A DNA stretch of 64,000 nucleotides, taken from positions 72,133 to 136,132 of IMG/VR virus record IMGVR_UViG_3300028840_003924. One strand, written 5' to 3'. The number at the start of each line of letters is the position of its first letter. Position 1 is the stretch's first letter. The notes under the pieces were generated by a model. It saw only the letters and a program-made list of their open reading frames with translations, had not been told where the DNA came from and searched no databases. The DNA comes from a virus. Of the stretch, positions 38,231 through 48,135 are shown piece after piece. Made by a program: the position numbers and the translations under genes.

Positions 38231-39040
38231 ATGATCATTCTCAAAATCATCGTCTTCATCGTCGCCATCGCCCTCATCGCCTGGGCCTGCGGTTTGCTCA
38301 AAAGGAAGAAGGTTTCAGCCTCCACCAGAGGAATGACCTTCCAAGAATACTTAGACAACTGTAAAACGCCACCAGAAGCGAAGGTGGAGGACGAGAAGTT
38401 TATGAAGGCCGTGAAGGGAGCGTTGGACAAGCCCCAGAAACCACTTGGTGCCAAAGAAATACAACAGCGAATCAGCGAATTGCAGAAGAAGCTTATAACC
38501 GACTACGGCTATATCCCTTGCGGTGTAGGCTCCCTCGCTCAAGATGATAAGAAGGAGGAACCCAAGGACCCACAAGAGATCACCGAAGCCGACATCAATA
38601 CTTGGGTCGAAGTGTCCTCCCCACGTATATATGAAGGAACATGGCAGCGAAGACAACTCGTAAAAATCAACGCCGGTCCAGGCGACTACCAATACAAAAC
38701 GAAGCATCCATCCTATTCAAACAAGCCGGAGTATTGGGCTAATGCTCGGAAAACAAAAGAGCAAAAACCAACCCCCAAGTGTCCTTCGTGCCGAGGGAAC
38801 TCAATGCACTTTGGTTGTGACCTCTGTCACGGCTCAGGTTACCTGCCGGTCGGCCAACAGGCCATCGACGAAAAGTTCATCGGTCACACAATCGAAGTCA
38901 AGCAGCAACACAACACCAAATGGGTGCGACGTGAGTTGGTAGAAATCCAACTAGACTCGCTCCTACCATTCGTTTGCAAACCCAAAGAAGGACAAGGCGC
39001 ACACCAGACAATCCGCTGGGGGGAAGCTCGTCCCTTATAG
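38231..39040 (+). CDS. Mosaic membrane protein: TM, 2 IEVR/W-ARP modules, Zn finger
   Basis: N-terminal TM; WVEVS...WANARK; CPSC...CDLC; TIEVK...WGEARP. Confidence 0.75.
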   Translation: MIILKIIVFIVAIALIAWACGLLKRKKVSASTRGMTFQEYLDNCKTPPEAKVEDEKFMKAVKGALDKPQKPLGAKEIQQRISELQKKLITDYGYIPCGVGSLAQDDKKEEPKDPQEITEADINTWVEVSSPRIYEGTWQRRQLVKINAGPGDYQYKTKHPSYSNKPEYWANARKTKEQKPTPKCPSCRGNSMHFGCDLCHGSGYLPVGQQAIDEKFIGHTIEVKQQHNTKWVRRELVEIQLDSLLPFVCKPKEGQGAHQTIRWGEARPL

Positions 39041-39054
39041 AAGAGGTATGAACT

Positions 39055-42000
39055 ATGGACGCCACACAATTCATCGCCATCGCCATCATTGCGCTCCTCG
39101 TATGGCTCCTCTACAAGAAGAGGAAGGCGAAACGGCTCGTTGCGAAAACGGACATCCCCTACCCAACCTCACCACCAGACCCCGAACTCGACCACTTGGT
39201 GGAGGAGTTCGATAAGTCATTCGAGAAGGGCATGGAATCCTGCTGTCAAATCGAAGGAATGCTCAAGGCAGCGAAAAAGAGTGGCACACCATTCGTCAAA
39301 ACAGAACCGACCGTCGACGAGTCGCACATCGGAAAGATGATCGAAGTGCGTGGGACCATGAACCCACACGACAACCAAGCAAAATGGAGATTGCGAAAGC
39401 TGTTCGAGATTGTCCCCGAGAAGGATGCCCCTTACGGGTGCGAAAACATATGTGCTTCGGGTGAAACCATTTACTGGTGCGAAGCTCGACCCATCCAAGA
39501 AAAGAAACCCGAACCACCCCCAACGGTCGGCATAGCCAAGGATGACGAGTTCCCCATCGGCAGCCGAGTCATTGTCGATGAGCCTATCGCCGACTATCGC
39601 CGCCGTGGTAAGGTCACCGGAACAAGGGAGGGTGAACGTGCTGTTCGACTTGATGATAACGACTCCGACCATTCCAAATTCTACCCGGTCAGTCGGCTAG
39701 AACTCGAAATGCTCCCCGAGGGAACGCCCGTCAAGATCGACAAAGGGAACAAAGAAGACGGCCCCAAAGAATCATTTTGGGCCAGCTTCGATGGGCTCAC
39801 CGGGAAGGTTCGTCAAAGCAGAGAACTCGGATGTCACATCGATATGGATGGGCCTAACCCGCCACATCCCGGTGCCTATCTTAGTAGAAAACATCTTAGG
39901 GTTATCAGCAAGCCGCTGAAGTTTCCGGAAGTGTCCGTTGAAGAGTGCCTCATGGGTCATACGAGTGATCCAGCATATCGGAAAATCAAAGTTGCGACCG
40001 AAGTCGACAGGTCCTTCATCGGCAAGATGATCGAAGTGCGAGGTATCGGAGAGAACGAAGTACGAGAATGGCTCCAACGTAAACTGAAGCGGATTGAGGA
40101 CCGAGAGCAGAACCGCTATGTTTGCGAGAACGCAGTCAATCCGAAGATCGATTCCCTATGGCACGAAGCCCGACCTCTTACGTGCGACAATGAGCCGATA
40201 CTCTTAACCCACAAGGGAGACCGGGGTGAAGTGCGAGAGTGGCGTCTCCCAGGTGGTGCTTACCATCGGACAGATGGACCGGCGTTGATCCGCACCTACG
40301 ACAAAGAGCAGACGTTCCAACTGGCAAGTAGAACTCCACGCAAAGATATCCGCTACGTCCGAGAAGAAGTGTGGTTCGACAATGGAAAGATGCACCGCAA
40401 AAACGCTCCTGCTCAAATTTTCTATGATGGCGATAAACGCATCGTTTACGCAGCATGGTGGGAAGGTGGAGAACAAACCCACGACAGCCTGTGTCGTAGC
40501 GACCGTGTGCGGGTTCAACAGGCCCACCGTGCCCAAAGAGAGGGAACGGTGAAGGGCATCTATGAGGACAATTCGATCTTGGTCGAATGTACTGATGGTT
40601 CCACCGCAGGCGAATATCGACCAATCTATTCTCTCATCAACGGAAAGATCGACAATCCGTCCTACGGCTCCGTGGACGAATCGTTCATCGGTAAATGGAT
40701 TGATGTCCGTGATACAAGGTCTTACGAAGGCACATGGCAACGGAGGAAACTTTTAGCTATCGACTCCGATAGGTCCGAACACTATTATTGCCTGCATCCA
40801 AAGGGAGGCACCCTTACCACCAACTGGCCTGAAGCCCGACCGGCAAGTGAAAACAAGCCGACCGAAAAGTGTCCGCACTGTGAAACTCTCAAACGCCAAG
40901 CCGATTGTAAGCTTTGCTTCGGCGCAGCTTACTTGCCAGCAGGGCCAGGGCCTGTGCGGGAAGAGGTCAAAGAGGTTGAAGAAGTTGACGAATCCTACGT
41001 CGGCAAGATGATCGAGGTGCGGGCACTTGCAAGTAAAAACTGGGTCACGGTGGCCGACATCGGCAGGATGATTGAAGTTCGGGATTACCCAGATCGCCCA
41101 TGGCAGACAAGACAACTCGTCGACATTCGACCAGCATCCGCCTACCGTTACCAATGTAAAGATGACAAGATCGACGACGGTAAGAGGAGTTGGAGGTATG
41201 CCCGTCGAATCAAAGAGAAGGCACCACCAGGATGCTTAGGACCCAATACGTACCAGTACTACATCAACAAGGAAGTAGAGGCTTCCGACGACGGGCAAGA
41301 ATGGAAAGTGGTAGTGCTGACGCATTACCGAGAAGATTCCGACTACCCTTTCATAGCATGTAGAGATCACACCAAATGGAGGTTCGCCCGACCAGAATGC
41401 CAGACCAAATGCCCCCAATGTGGAATTGCTATGTGCCACAGACCGGGCCATGAATGCGCCACTTGCCCCCAAATGGATCACTGTGCCAATCACGCCGAGG
41501 GTTGCACGTCGTGGGAAGTGGTCACCGAAGAACAAATCGGTAAGATGATCGAAGTGCGAGATCATCACACCCACGACTGGAATGAAAGGGAGTTGGTCGA
41601 AATCAACAAGGGCCAGTTCAGAGCTTACCTTTGTAAGAAGTTTGGCAACCCTCTCAGCACAGCCGAGTGGAAGTTCGCACGACTAATCAAAAAAGAGCCA
41701 CCGAAGGGCCTGATTGGCAAACAACATATCGGCAAGATGATCGAGGTGCGTCAAGGTGATGGCGACGTATGGGAACGCCGGAAGTTGCTCCGGTTCACTG
41801 ATAAGGATGAATACGGACAAGGCGGCGTGCGACCCTACGTTTGCCAAGTTCCCGCCCAGAAGGTAGTGTCCCGATCAGAGCACTGTTGGATACAAGCCCG
41901 ACCAATCGCAACCGGAACACCCTGTAGCCAAGCAGAGCCACCGGCCAAAAAGAAGCCCGAACACGTCTGTGGTTTACAAGGCTTCGGCCACAGCCTGAAC

Positions 42001-43119
42001 GATGTGTGCCCAGCATGTGAAGCTCAGGCAAAGGAGTGGGAAGAGAAGAAAGAGAAGAGTACACCACCACCGAAGCAGGAGGAGGCGGGCCAACCCATGG
42101 TTGGTGACAGTCCGCTGTTCTTGCTTGCCAGAGACCCAACCAACTTGAAGAAGACGAAGTGCGAATTTGGCGATTTGAATTGCTACGTCGAAGACGACTG
42201 CTTCCACAGGATGACCAGCTACCACCTTCCCGATGGCCGTTGCCATCGGGAAGATGGTGCGCCTGCATACAAGGCGTTTTACAGGGTCGGCTACGAGAAG
42301 GTTTCGACCCCACAAGGCGAACAACAATTCACTCTGGTTGTCCGATGGTACAAAGACGGCGTACCTCATCGGGAAGACGGGCCAGCCGCCATCTGGTATC
42401 TCCACGGCAAAGAGGTACACAGAGAATACTATCTGGAAAACTGTTGTCTGGAAAGGTTCACTTGGGAGGTGCGTCGATCACTAGGCCACAGAAGTGTGGC
42501 ATGCCATACAAATGATCGCTCGGAATGGCGGTTAGGAACTGCCGATGGACTGCTTCATCGCATTGAAGGGCCTGCTGTTGAATGGACTAACGGGCTGCAC
42601 GAGTGGTGGCTCTTTGGAGTCCATGTGGCCGTAAAAGATCACAAAGAGTGGGTGAAGCTCCTCGAATGCGAAGGGTCGCAGAAGATTAAAGAGAATCTCC
42701 CCGTTTACGTTAAACAAAACCCGGAGATCGACCAAAGGATACCAAGGGAACGGAAGGAAGTGGTGGACGAGTCAGTTGCCCACGGTTTCACGCCCGAAGA
42801 GATGAGACCTTACGTCGGCAAAGAAGTCGAAGTAAGAGAAGTCAGGAACAATAGGTGGTATCCTCGCACACTAGTCAAGATCGAGGGTGACAAGCCTCCA
42901 TTCGTCACCCCCGGAAACGCTCGTTGGTCATTCGCCCGACCGATCAAAGTGGTGGACGAATCCTTCATCGGAAGGAGAATCGAAGTGAGAAACGATCCCG
43001 ATGGTACGTGGTGGCTACGGGAACTTGTTTCAATCAACGCCAATGGGGAGTTTCTTTGCAAGGTGGATCAGGGTACTTACCCATGGAAGTTCGCTCGGCC
43101 CATCCAAGAGACATCCTAA
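39055..43119 (+). CDS. Large mosaic membrane protein: TM, about 10 IEVR/W-ARP modules, KOW-like and HRxDGPA repeats, Zn fingers
   Basis: 1354 aa; repeated IGKMIEVR...W..R.L...Y.C...W..ARP; GAGG RBS. Confidence 0.85.
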   Translation: MDATQFIAIAIIALLVWLLYKKRKAKRLVAKTDIPYPTSPPDPELDHLVEEFDKSFEKGMESCCQIEGMLKAAKKSGTPFVKTEPTVDESHIGKMIEVRGTMNPHDNQAKWRLRKLFEIVPEKDAPYGCENICASGETIYWCEARPIQEKKPEPPPTVGIAKDDEFPIGSRVIVDEPIADYRRRGKVTGTREGERAVRLDDNDSDHSKFYPVSRLELEMLPEGTPVKIDKGNKEDGPKESFWASFDGLTGKVRQSRELGCHIDMDGPNPPHPGAYLSRKHLRVISKPLKFPEVSVEECLMGHTSDPAYRKIKVATEVDRSFIGKMIEVRGIGENEVREWLQRKLKRIEDREQNRYVCENAVNPKIDSLWHEARPLTCDNEPILLTHKGDRGEVREWRLPGGAYHRTDGPALIRTYDKEQTFQLASRTPRKDIRYVREEVWFDNGKMHRKNAPAQIFYDGDKRIVYAAWWEGGEQTHDSLCRSDRVRVQQAHRAQREGTVKGIYEDNSILVECTDGSTAGEYRPIYSLINGKIDNPSYGSVDESFIGKWIDVRDTRSYEGTWQRRKLLAIDSDRSEHYYCLHPKGGTLTTNWPEARPASENKPTEKCPHCETLKRQADCKLCFGAAYLPAGPGPVREEVKEVEEVDESYVGKMIEVRALASKNWVTVADIGRMIEVRDYPDRPWQTRQLVDIRPASAYRYQCKDDKIDDGKRSWRYARRIKEKAPPGCLGPNTYQYYINKEVEASDDGQEWKVVVLTHYREDSDYPFIACRDHTKWRFARPECQTKCPQCGIAMCHRPGHECATCPQMDHCANHAEGCTSWEVVTEEQIGKMIEVRDHHTHDWNERELVEINKGQFRAYLCKKFGNPLSTAEWKFARLIKKEPPKGLIGKQHIGKMIEVRQGDGDVWERRKLLRFTDKDEYGQGGVRPYVCQVPAQKVVSRSEHCWIQARPIATGTPCSQAEPPAKKKPEHVCGLQGFGHSLNDVCPACEAQAKEWEEKKEKSTPPPKQEEAGQPMVGDSPLFLLARDPTNLKKTKCEFGDLNCYVEDDCFHRMTSYHLPDGRCHREDGAPAYKAFYRVGYEKVSTPQGEQQFTLVVRWYKDGVPHREDGPAAIWYLHGKEVHREYYLENCCLERFTWEVRRSLGHRSVACHTNDRSEWRLGTADGLLHRIEGPAVEWTNGLHEWWLFGVHVAVKDHKEWVKLLECEGSQKIKENLPVYVKQNPEIDQRIPRERKEVVDESVAHGFTPEEMRPYVGKEVEVREVRNNRWYPRTLVKIEGDKPPFVTPGNARWSFARPIKVVDESFIGRRIEVRNDPDGTWWLRELVSINANGEFLCKVDQGTYPWKFARPIQETS

Positions 43120-43121
43120 CC

Positions 43122-43346
43122 ATGAAGAAACCAAAGAAGATTGGCATCTACCTCTGCACTTATCCTGATGGCAAGCAGACATTGGAGGTCATCAATTACG
43201 ATCCGGGGTTCCCCAGGCGTGACAAGGAATTGCGAGTTGTGACCCCAGAGGAAGAAGGCGACGGCGAACCGCTCCACCACCCGTGTTTTAACGGGTGTAA
43301 ATGGGAGGGCCCTTTGACGCCAAAAGACGTGAAAAAGTCATCTTGA
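43122..43346 (+). CDS. Hypothetical protein
   Basis: MKKPKKIGIYLC...KWEGPL; ATG 2 nt after upstream stop. Confidence 0.6.
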   Translation: MKKPKKIGIYLCTYPDGKQTLEVINYDPGFPRRDKELRVVTPEEEGDGEPLHHPCFNGCKWEGPLTPKDVKKSS

Positions 43347-43370
43347 CCCGAAATCGAGAAAGGAAGTACA

Positions 43371-43718
43371 ATGCCCAAGTATAAGGTGATCCTAGAGGGG
43401 TGCGATAGCCGTATTTTCGAGGTAGCCGACGACTACGAGCCCAAAGGGGAGACCATCGTCGACACCTGGGAGGAAGCGAAGGAAAAGGTTTGTAACTACC
43501 TCCTTGAGGAAGCTGGTAGGAACATTCAGGCCCTTCGCCACTTCAACGACTGCAAGACCTTCGAGGATCACAACGGTGCCCCAGCCGCCACTGTTTGGCC
43601 TCCACCACAAATGCATTTCGACACGATTGGCCAAGTCATGGAATGGCTTTACCCCAAAGACCCAGCCGAACCCGAAAATGAAAAGGAAGTCGACGGTGAC
43701 GAGGAAAACAAAGGCTAG
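43371..43718 (+). CDS. Hypothetical protein
   Basis: AAGGA RBS; paralogous fragment at 51904-52056. Confidence 0.65.
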   Translation: MPKYKVILEGCDSRIFEVADDYEPKGETIVDTWEEAKEKVCNYLLEEAGRNIQALRHFNDCKTFEDHNGAPAATVWPPPQMHFDTIGQVMEWLYPKDPAEPENEKEVDGDEENKG

Positions 43719-43941
43719 TACTCGGCGATATCTTTGCGCCGGTCTGATCTGTTCTGCGATCTTGATGGTGACAGGTCTGGTCATCGGCCTGCTGGATGCC
43801 TGTATCTTTGAATGGGACGAGAGGTTGATGGGCGTCATCACCCTTTTCTATGTCGTCTCTTTCGTCTTTGTCACGTTCTTCTTTTGGCGCATTTGCCATT
43901 ACGATTTCCAACGGTGGTTAGAAGAAAGGAAGATACAGTGA
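43678..43941 (+). CDS. Small membrane protein (2 TM), start uncertain
   Basis: Two hydrophobic stretches; stop overlaps next GTG. Confidence 0.55.
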   Translation: MKRKSTVTRKTKASTRRYLCAGLICSAILMVTGLVIGLLDACIFEWDERLMGVITLFYVVSFVFVTFFFWRICHYDFQRWLEERKIQ

Positions 43942-44786
43942 GTAAGAAGGTCACCAGAAAACACATCGGCAAAGTCGTTATGGTTCGGAACCATTCCGAC
44001 AAGTGGAAGGAACGTAAGTTAATCGATCTTGATGGTGGTTCTGGATATCGTTATCGCTGTCAGGGTGGTGACGGCTGCGGGATATACTACTGGAAGTACG
44101 CCAAGCCGTTGAAGAAGAAAAAGAAGAAGTGCCCCATCACCGAAGAACACGTCGGTCAGTATATCCTTGTGCGGGACTACAAATGGGAGAGTTGGAAAGG
44201 CCGACAGTTGGTGCGCATTGCGAAAGGTGCCAAATCGCCCTTTGTTTGCAAGCGCCCAGGTAGTGAGAGCACAGAAACTTGGAAGCACGCCAAACTCGAA
44301 AAGAATCGTTCCGAGGTCACTCCGAGTCACATTGGTTCAACAGTTTACGTCTCTGACACTGGTGGTAGTGCTTGGTGTCGCCGGACACTGAGCGGGGTCA
44401 GGCCCGAGTCATCATACCCATACAGAACAGGCCGTAGCGGTTGCTGGCAACACGCCCGATTGGATCGGCCTGATGGTCCGCCCCCGACAAGAAAAGAGGC
44501 GAAAAAGGCTGTGGTGGAGAAAACTGAGGTAGAGCAAAACCAACCAACATCAGGAGGTGGGGTAGTTGCTCTTATTGTCCTTGCCGTCATCATAGTTGGC
44601 CTTGTCGCCGCTCTCTTTGGGTTTCTTGGTGGGACTGCGCTGTCCGTTCAAGAAGTCAAAGACTGGAAAAATTCATCCGCATATTGGGAGAACCAAGCCG
44701 ACCTGCTCAACCAGCAGTTGGACTACCACACAAAGAAGAACAAACAAATCCCGTTACCAGAAATTCCTCAAGGAGAATCGCCATGA
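43938..44786 (+). CDS. Mosaic protein: 3 IEVR/W-ARP modules and a TM helix near the C-terminus
   Basis: GTG start with AAGGA; HIGKVVMVR, HVGQYILVR, HIGSTVYVS units; TM VVALIVLAVIIVGLVAALFGF. Confidence 0.75.
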   Translation: MSKKVTRKHIGKVVMVRNHSDKWKERKLIDLDGGSGYRYRCQGGDGCGIYYWKYAKPLKKKKKKCPITEEHVGQYILVRDYKWESWKGRQLVRIAKGAKSPFVCKRPGSESTETWKHAKLEKNRSEVTPSHIGSTVYVSDTGGSAWCRRTLSGVRPESSYPYRTGRSGCWQHARLDRPDGPPPTRKEAKKAVVEKTEVEQNQPTSGGGVVALIVLAVIIVGLVAALFGFLGGTALSVQEVKDWKNSSAYWENQADLLNQQLDYHTKKNKQIPLPEIPQGESP

Positions 44787-45343
44787 AGAAGTTACTCGTC
44801 GCCGGTGGCGCTGTTGTTGTCCTACTCATCTTTATCTTTTGCGTCTGCATCGGTACGGTGAACAGGGAGGTCACCCTTCGCACGGGCTTTGAAGCCTCCG
44901 AAAAGAACGTGACCATCTCCTTCGACAAGATGTGGAAGACGTTGGCCAACCAAGCCGAGATCAACGAGAAGTACAAGGACGACTTCAAGGACGTTGCGCC
45001 GGAACTTGTGGAAGCCCGCTACAAAGGCGGGACCGGCAAGCTCATGGCGTGGATTCAGGAACACAATCCCGAGTTCACCCCGGCCATGTACACGAAGCTG
45101 ATGGACTCGGTCGCCCAAGAGCGAACCGTCTTCAACCGTGAGCAACAGAAGATGATCGACTACCACCGGGAGCACACTCAGTTCGTGCGCAAACCGGTCC
45201 AGAAGATGATCCTGGGAATGTTCGGTGATTCCTCCGAACTGACCATCTCGCTTATCACTTCCTCGAAAACAGAGGACGTTGTCGCTACCGGCAAGGACGA
45301 CGACGTGAATCTCTTTGACAAGAAGAAGCCGGAAAAGGAATGA
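44783..45343 (+). CDS. Membrane-anchored LemA-like helical protein
   Basis: AAGGAG RBS; TM then helical bundle with R..FN..Q...I..H pattern. Confidence 0.55.
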   Translation: MKKLLVAGGAVVVLLIFIFCVCIGTVNREVTLRTGFEASEKNVTISFDKMWKTLANQAEINEKYKDDFKDVAPELVEARYKGGTGKLMAWIQEHNPEFTPAMYTKLMDSVAQERTVFNREQQKMIDYHREHTQFVRKPVQKMILGMFGDSSELTISLITSSKTEDVVATGKDDDVNLFDKKKPEKE

Positions 45344-45347
45344 GACG

Positions 45348-45689
45348 ATGCAAGCAATTCAACACGGACGGTCTTGGGAAGCGCCGAGACGGGAAAACCT
45401 CATAAGGGTGGCAGACAAACTTTGTGCTGCCTCCTATGGGCTTCTTCACGGGACCGAGAAGGCTCGTTATAGGTGCCTGAGTAACACCATCAACGAGTTT
45501 GAAGCGGTAGCGGGTGAGCAACCCCAAGTTCAAATGCGATCCTGGGAGACGCCGAACACCTTACAGAGGTTGGCTTACGGACTTCTCCATGCCGCTTGGA
45601 CAATCATTCGTGGCCGACCAAACAACCGGTTCGCCGAACTGGAAGTCGCTATCCAGAAATACAGGAAGTTCCGAGAAGAAAACGAATGA
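45348..45689 (+). CDS. Hypothetical protein with internal duplication
   Basis: RSWEAP...YGLLH and RSWETP...YGLLH halves. Confidence 0.6.
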   Translation: MQAIQHGRSWEAPRRENLIRVADKLCAASYGLLHGTEKARYRCLSNTINEFEAVAGEQPQVQMRSWETPNTLQRLAYGLLHAAWTIIRGRPNNRFAELEVAIQKYRKFREENE

Positions 45690-46855
45690 TCGTTTGGTTT
45701 TTACTCCTGATCCCCATTGTCACCGCCGCCGTCCTTTGGATCGGCTGGGCGCAAAAGGTGACATGGTGGGAACTGGCGGCACAATTAGGAGTTAGCTTCT
45801 TCATCGTTCTGATCGCCAAACTCTGTGTAGGGACCTTCCGCACGTCCGATCTCGAATACTGGACAGAGGTCGTCAATCAAGCCGAGTACCACGAGGCATG
45901 GACTGAACGATACACCACCACCGAAACCTATACGGATGGTAACGGCGACCTACAAACAAGAGTCGTCACCCGCACCCGTCGACACCCGCCGTTCTGGCGA
46001 CTGATCCTCTGTGACGGACGCAAGGTTAGCGTCAGTGAAAAGAAGTACAAACTGGTCGTTAGGCGGTTCGGCAACGAAAAGGAGGTAGACCTCAGCCATT
46101 GGGGACAATGCTCCTGGGGCGATGGTGACATGTACGTCACGAAATACAATGGCCCAAGAGAAAAGATGCTGACCGCCACCACAACACATCGATATACTAA
46201 CAAGGTCCAGGTGTCAAAGAGTATCTTCAACTTCCCCGAATTAACCAAAGAGGATGTGGAGTTCTACCAACTCTTTGAATATCCCGGCGTTGGCGATCCC
46301 ACAACGACACCCTGCATCCTGGGTACCTACTCAAAGAAGGCGGCGGCAGAGGAAGAGTTGCGACGATGTAACGCTGAACTTGGCAGGGCTAAACAGGTCC
46401 GCATGTGGATACTCATCTTCAAAAACCAACCGCTTGACGCTGGGGTCATGCAGGAAAGCTACTGGTGTGGTGGCAATAAGAATGAACTCGTTCTCTGCGT
46501 CGGCCTCGACGACGCAGAGAGCGTCCAGTGGGCTTACTGCTTTTCGTGGACCGAAGTCGAAAGTCTCAAGACCAGCGTGCGCAACTTCGTGCAAAGTCAA
46601 ACCAAATTTGATGCCTACAAAACAAGCAAGCATATGGCAAAGGAAGCCAGCAGCCAATGGGTTCGGAAAGAGTTCGCCGACTTCAACTACCTGACCATCG
46701 AACCATCTGTGTGGGGTATGTGGATTGCTGGCGTCTTGATCTTCCTACTGAATGTCGGCATGGGCATCTGGATCGTACTTAATGAACACGAAGTATTGGA
46801 AGAGGGGGCCACCCCTTCTCGCCATCGCTATCGATCCTTCCGTCACTACCGATGA
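45686..46855 (+). CDS. Membrane protein (2 N-terminal TM, 1 C-terminal TM)
   Basis: ATGA overlap; YWCGGNKNELVLCVG; VRKEFADFNYL. Confidence 0.75.
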   Translation: MIVWFLLLIPIVTAAVLWIGWAQKVTWWELAAQLGVSFFIVLIAKLCVGTFRTSDLEYWTEVVNQAEYHEAWTERYTTTETYTDGNGDLQTRVVTRTRRHPPFWRLILCDGRKVSVSEKKYKLVVRRFGNEKEVDLSHWGQCSWGDGDMYVTKYNGPREKMLTATTTHRYTNKVQVSKSIFNFPELTKEDVEFYQLFEYPGVGDPTTTPCILGTYSKKAAAEEELRRCNAELGRAKQVRMWILIFKNQPLDAGVMQESYWCGGNKNELVLCVGLDDAESVQWAYCFSWTEVESLKTSVRNFVQSQTKFDAYKTSKHMAKEASSQWVRKEFADFNYLTIEPSVWGMWIAGVLIFLLNVGMGIWIVLNEHEVLEEGATPSRHRYRSFRHYR

Positions 46856-46864
46856 GGATTTACC

Positions 46865-47122
46865 ATGTACAAGGTGATCGAGTTCATGTTCGGGGGCGGC
46901 TCGTCAGCCCACTACGAATACTACATCCTTAACACTGAGGCTGATGGTGGCGAAACGATGTCTGATCTCAACGATAAATGGAAGCGGAGAAAAAGATCGT
47001 TTGATGGACGTTGGGTCATAATGCCCAACGGTAAACCCTACACATTCGCCCACAAACCAGATGCCGATGCATTCGCCGCAGCACTTAACTTCGGGGCAAC
47101 ACAACTGGAGAATAAACCATGA
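46865..47122 (+). CDS. Hypothetical protein
   Basis: GAGGA RBS. Confidence 0.6.
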   Translation: MYKVIEFMFGGGSSAHYEYYILNTEADGGETMSDLNDKWKRRKRSFDGRWVIMPNGKPYTFAHKPDADAFAAALNFGATQLENKP

Positions 47123-47337
47123 AGCAATCACTGATCGACAGTCTAGTTGGCCTTTCCTTTGATGACGCCACCGAGAAAATCAAGGAGAGCGGTTTCGACC
47201 TGATGGTTGTTGACGTGGGGGCGGTAATTACCGAAATTGCCCGTCCTAACATCATCATTGTGGGCGTAGAAAACCAAATGGTCAAAGAGGCTCGTGCCGG
47301 TGACCCTACACAACTGGAAACCGAACCGGAGCAATGA
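47119..47337 (+). CDS. Small protein, I78/potato-inhibitor-like pattern
   Basis: LVGLSFDDA...VITEIARPNIIIVGVENQMVKEARAG. Confidence 0.5.
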   Translation: MKQSLIDSLVGLSFDDATEKIKESGFDLMVVDVGAVITEIARPNIIIVGVENQMVKEARAGDPTQLETEPEQ

Positions 47338-47576
47338 AGATCGAACTCGTAGCCCTACTCTTCATAGCCCTGATACTGAAAGGAGCCTTCCAAACCGGAG
47401 TCGGATGTAGTAGAGGCTACAAACCTCCAGACCAAGAAACGCTTCGTATCCACCAGGAAATGATACGAGCCCGAATGAACCGACAAAATCAACCTGTGAT
47501 TATTCACAGATCGAATATGAGGAGAGCGAAAACGTTTCACTACCCACCACCACGTTTACGGACAAGCGTACCATGA
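47334..47576 (+). CDS. Small membrane-anchored protein
   Basis: N-terminal hydrophobic helix; ATGA overlap. Confidence 0.55.
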   Translation: MKIELVALLFIALILKGAFQTGVGCSRGYKPPDQETLRIHQEMIRARMNRQNQPVIIHRSNMRRAKTFHYPPPRLRTSVP

Positions 47577-47770
47577 CAGCAGAAGGTCAAGCGGCAGCAA
47601 TTCAATGGTATGAAGAAACCATTGACGAACTGCAAGCAACGTTGCTTCGGGCAACCCGAGAAGATGTCAGACAGTATATCACCCAACGGATCACGAAACT
47701 TAGAGCACATGTAAAGAAGCTGAAGGCCGTAGAGCCCTCCGAGCCTCGTGTGCTCGTTTTACAGACGTAG
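47573..47770 (+). CDS. Hypothetical helical protein
   Basis: ATGA overlap. Confidence 0.55.
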   Translation: MTAEGQAAAIQWYEETIDELQATLLRATREDVRQYITQRITKLRAHVKKLKAVEPSEPRVLVLQT

Positions 47771-47778
47771 GAAATCAA

Positions 47779-48135
47779 ATGCCATTCCAACTCGTAACAC
47801 TCGACGTTCCCGGTGGCGAAGTCAAACGGGACAACGAGGTGTACGTCGTAGTAGACAACACCTTCCTCCAGAACCTCACCGTGAGCCAAACAACATTGCA
47901 TCCCGGCCAATCCACCCAAGGCCACTCGCACGACGGCCTTGATGAAGTATACATCTTCATCAGCGGTCAAGGGCGAATGGAACTTGATGATGCACTGCTA
48001 GAGGTGAAGGCGGGAGATATGGTCCTAATCCCTGGTGGAACCTTCCATCGTGTTCACCAAGGCATGGACATCCCCAGCAAAGACCTGATCTTCACCTGTA
48101 TCTTCCAACAGTACGAAAGAGAAGAAGATAAATGA
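47779..48135 (+). CDS. Cupin domain protein
   Basis: HSH...EVYIFISGQG...VKAGDMVLIPGGTFHRV. Confidence 0.9.
   Translation: MPFQLVTLDVPGGEVKRDNEVYVVVDNTFLQNLTVSQTTLHPGQSTQGHSHDGLDEVYIFISGQGRMELDDALLEVKAGDMVLIPGGTFHRVHQGMDIPSKDLIFTCIFQQYEREEDK

Noticed and set aside
38600-40940. DGR template/variable repeat pair in the shared YEGTWQRR block
   Set aside because: Differences are widespread and not adenine-specific; no reverse transcriptase in the window
42061-42090. Additional hairpin element copy (CCACCACCGAAGCAGGAGGAGGCGG, PPPKQEE)
   Set aside because: Sits at a module junction but the arms do not pair well; at most a heavily decayed copy
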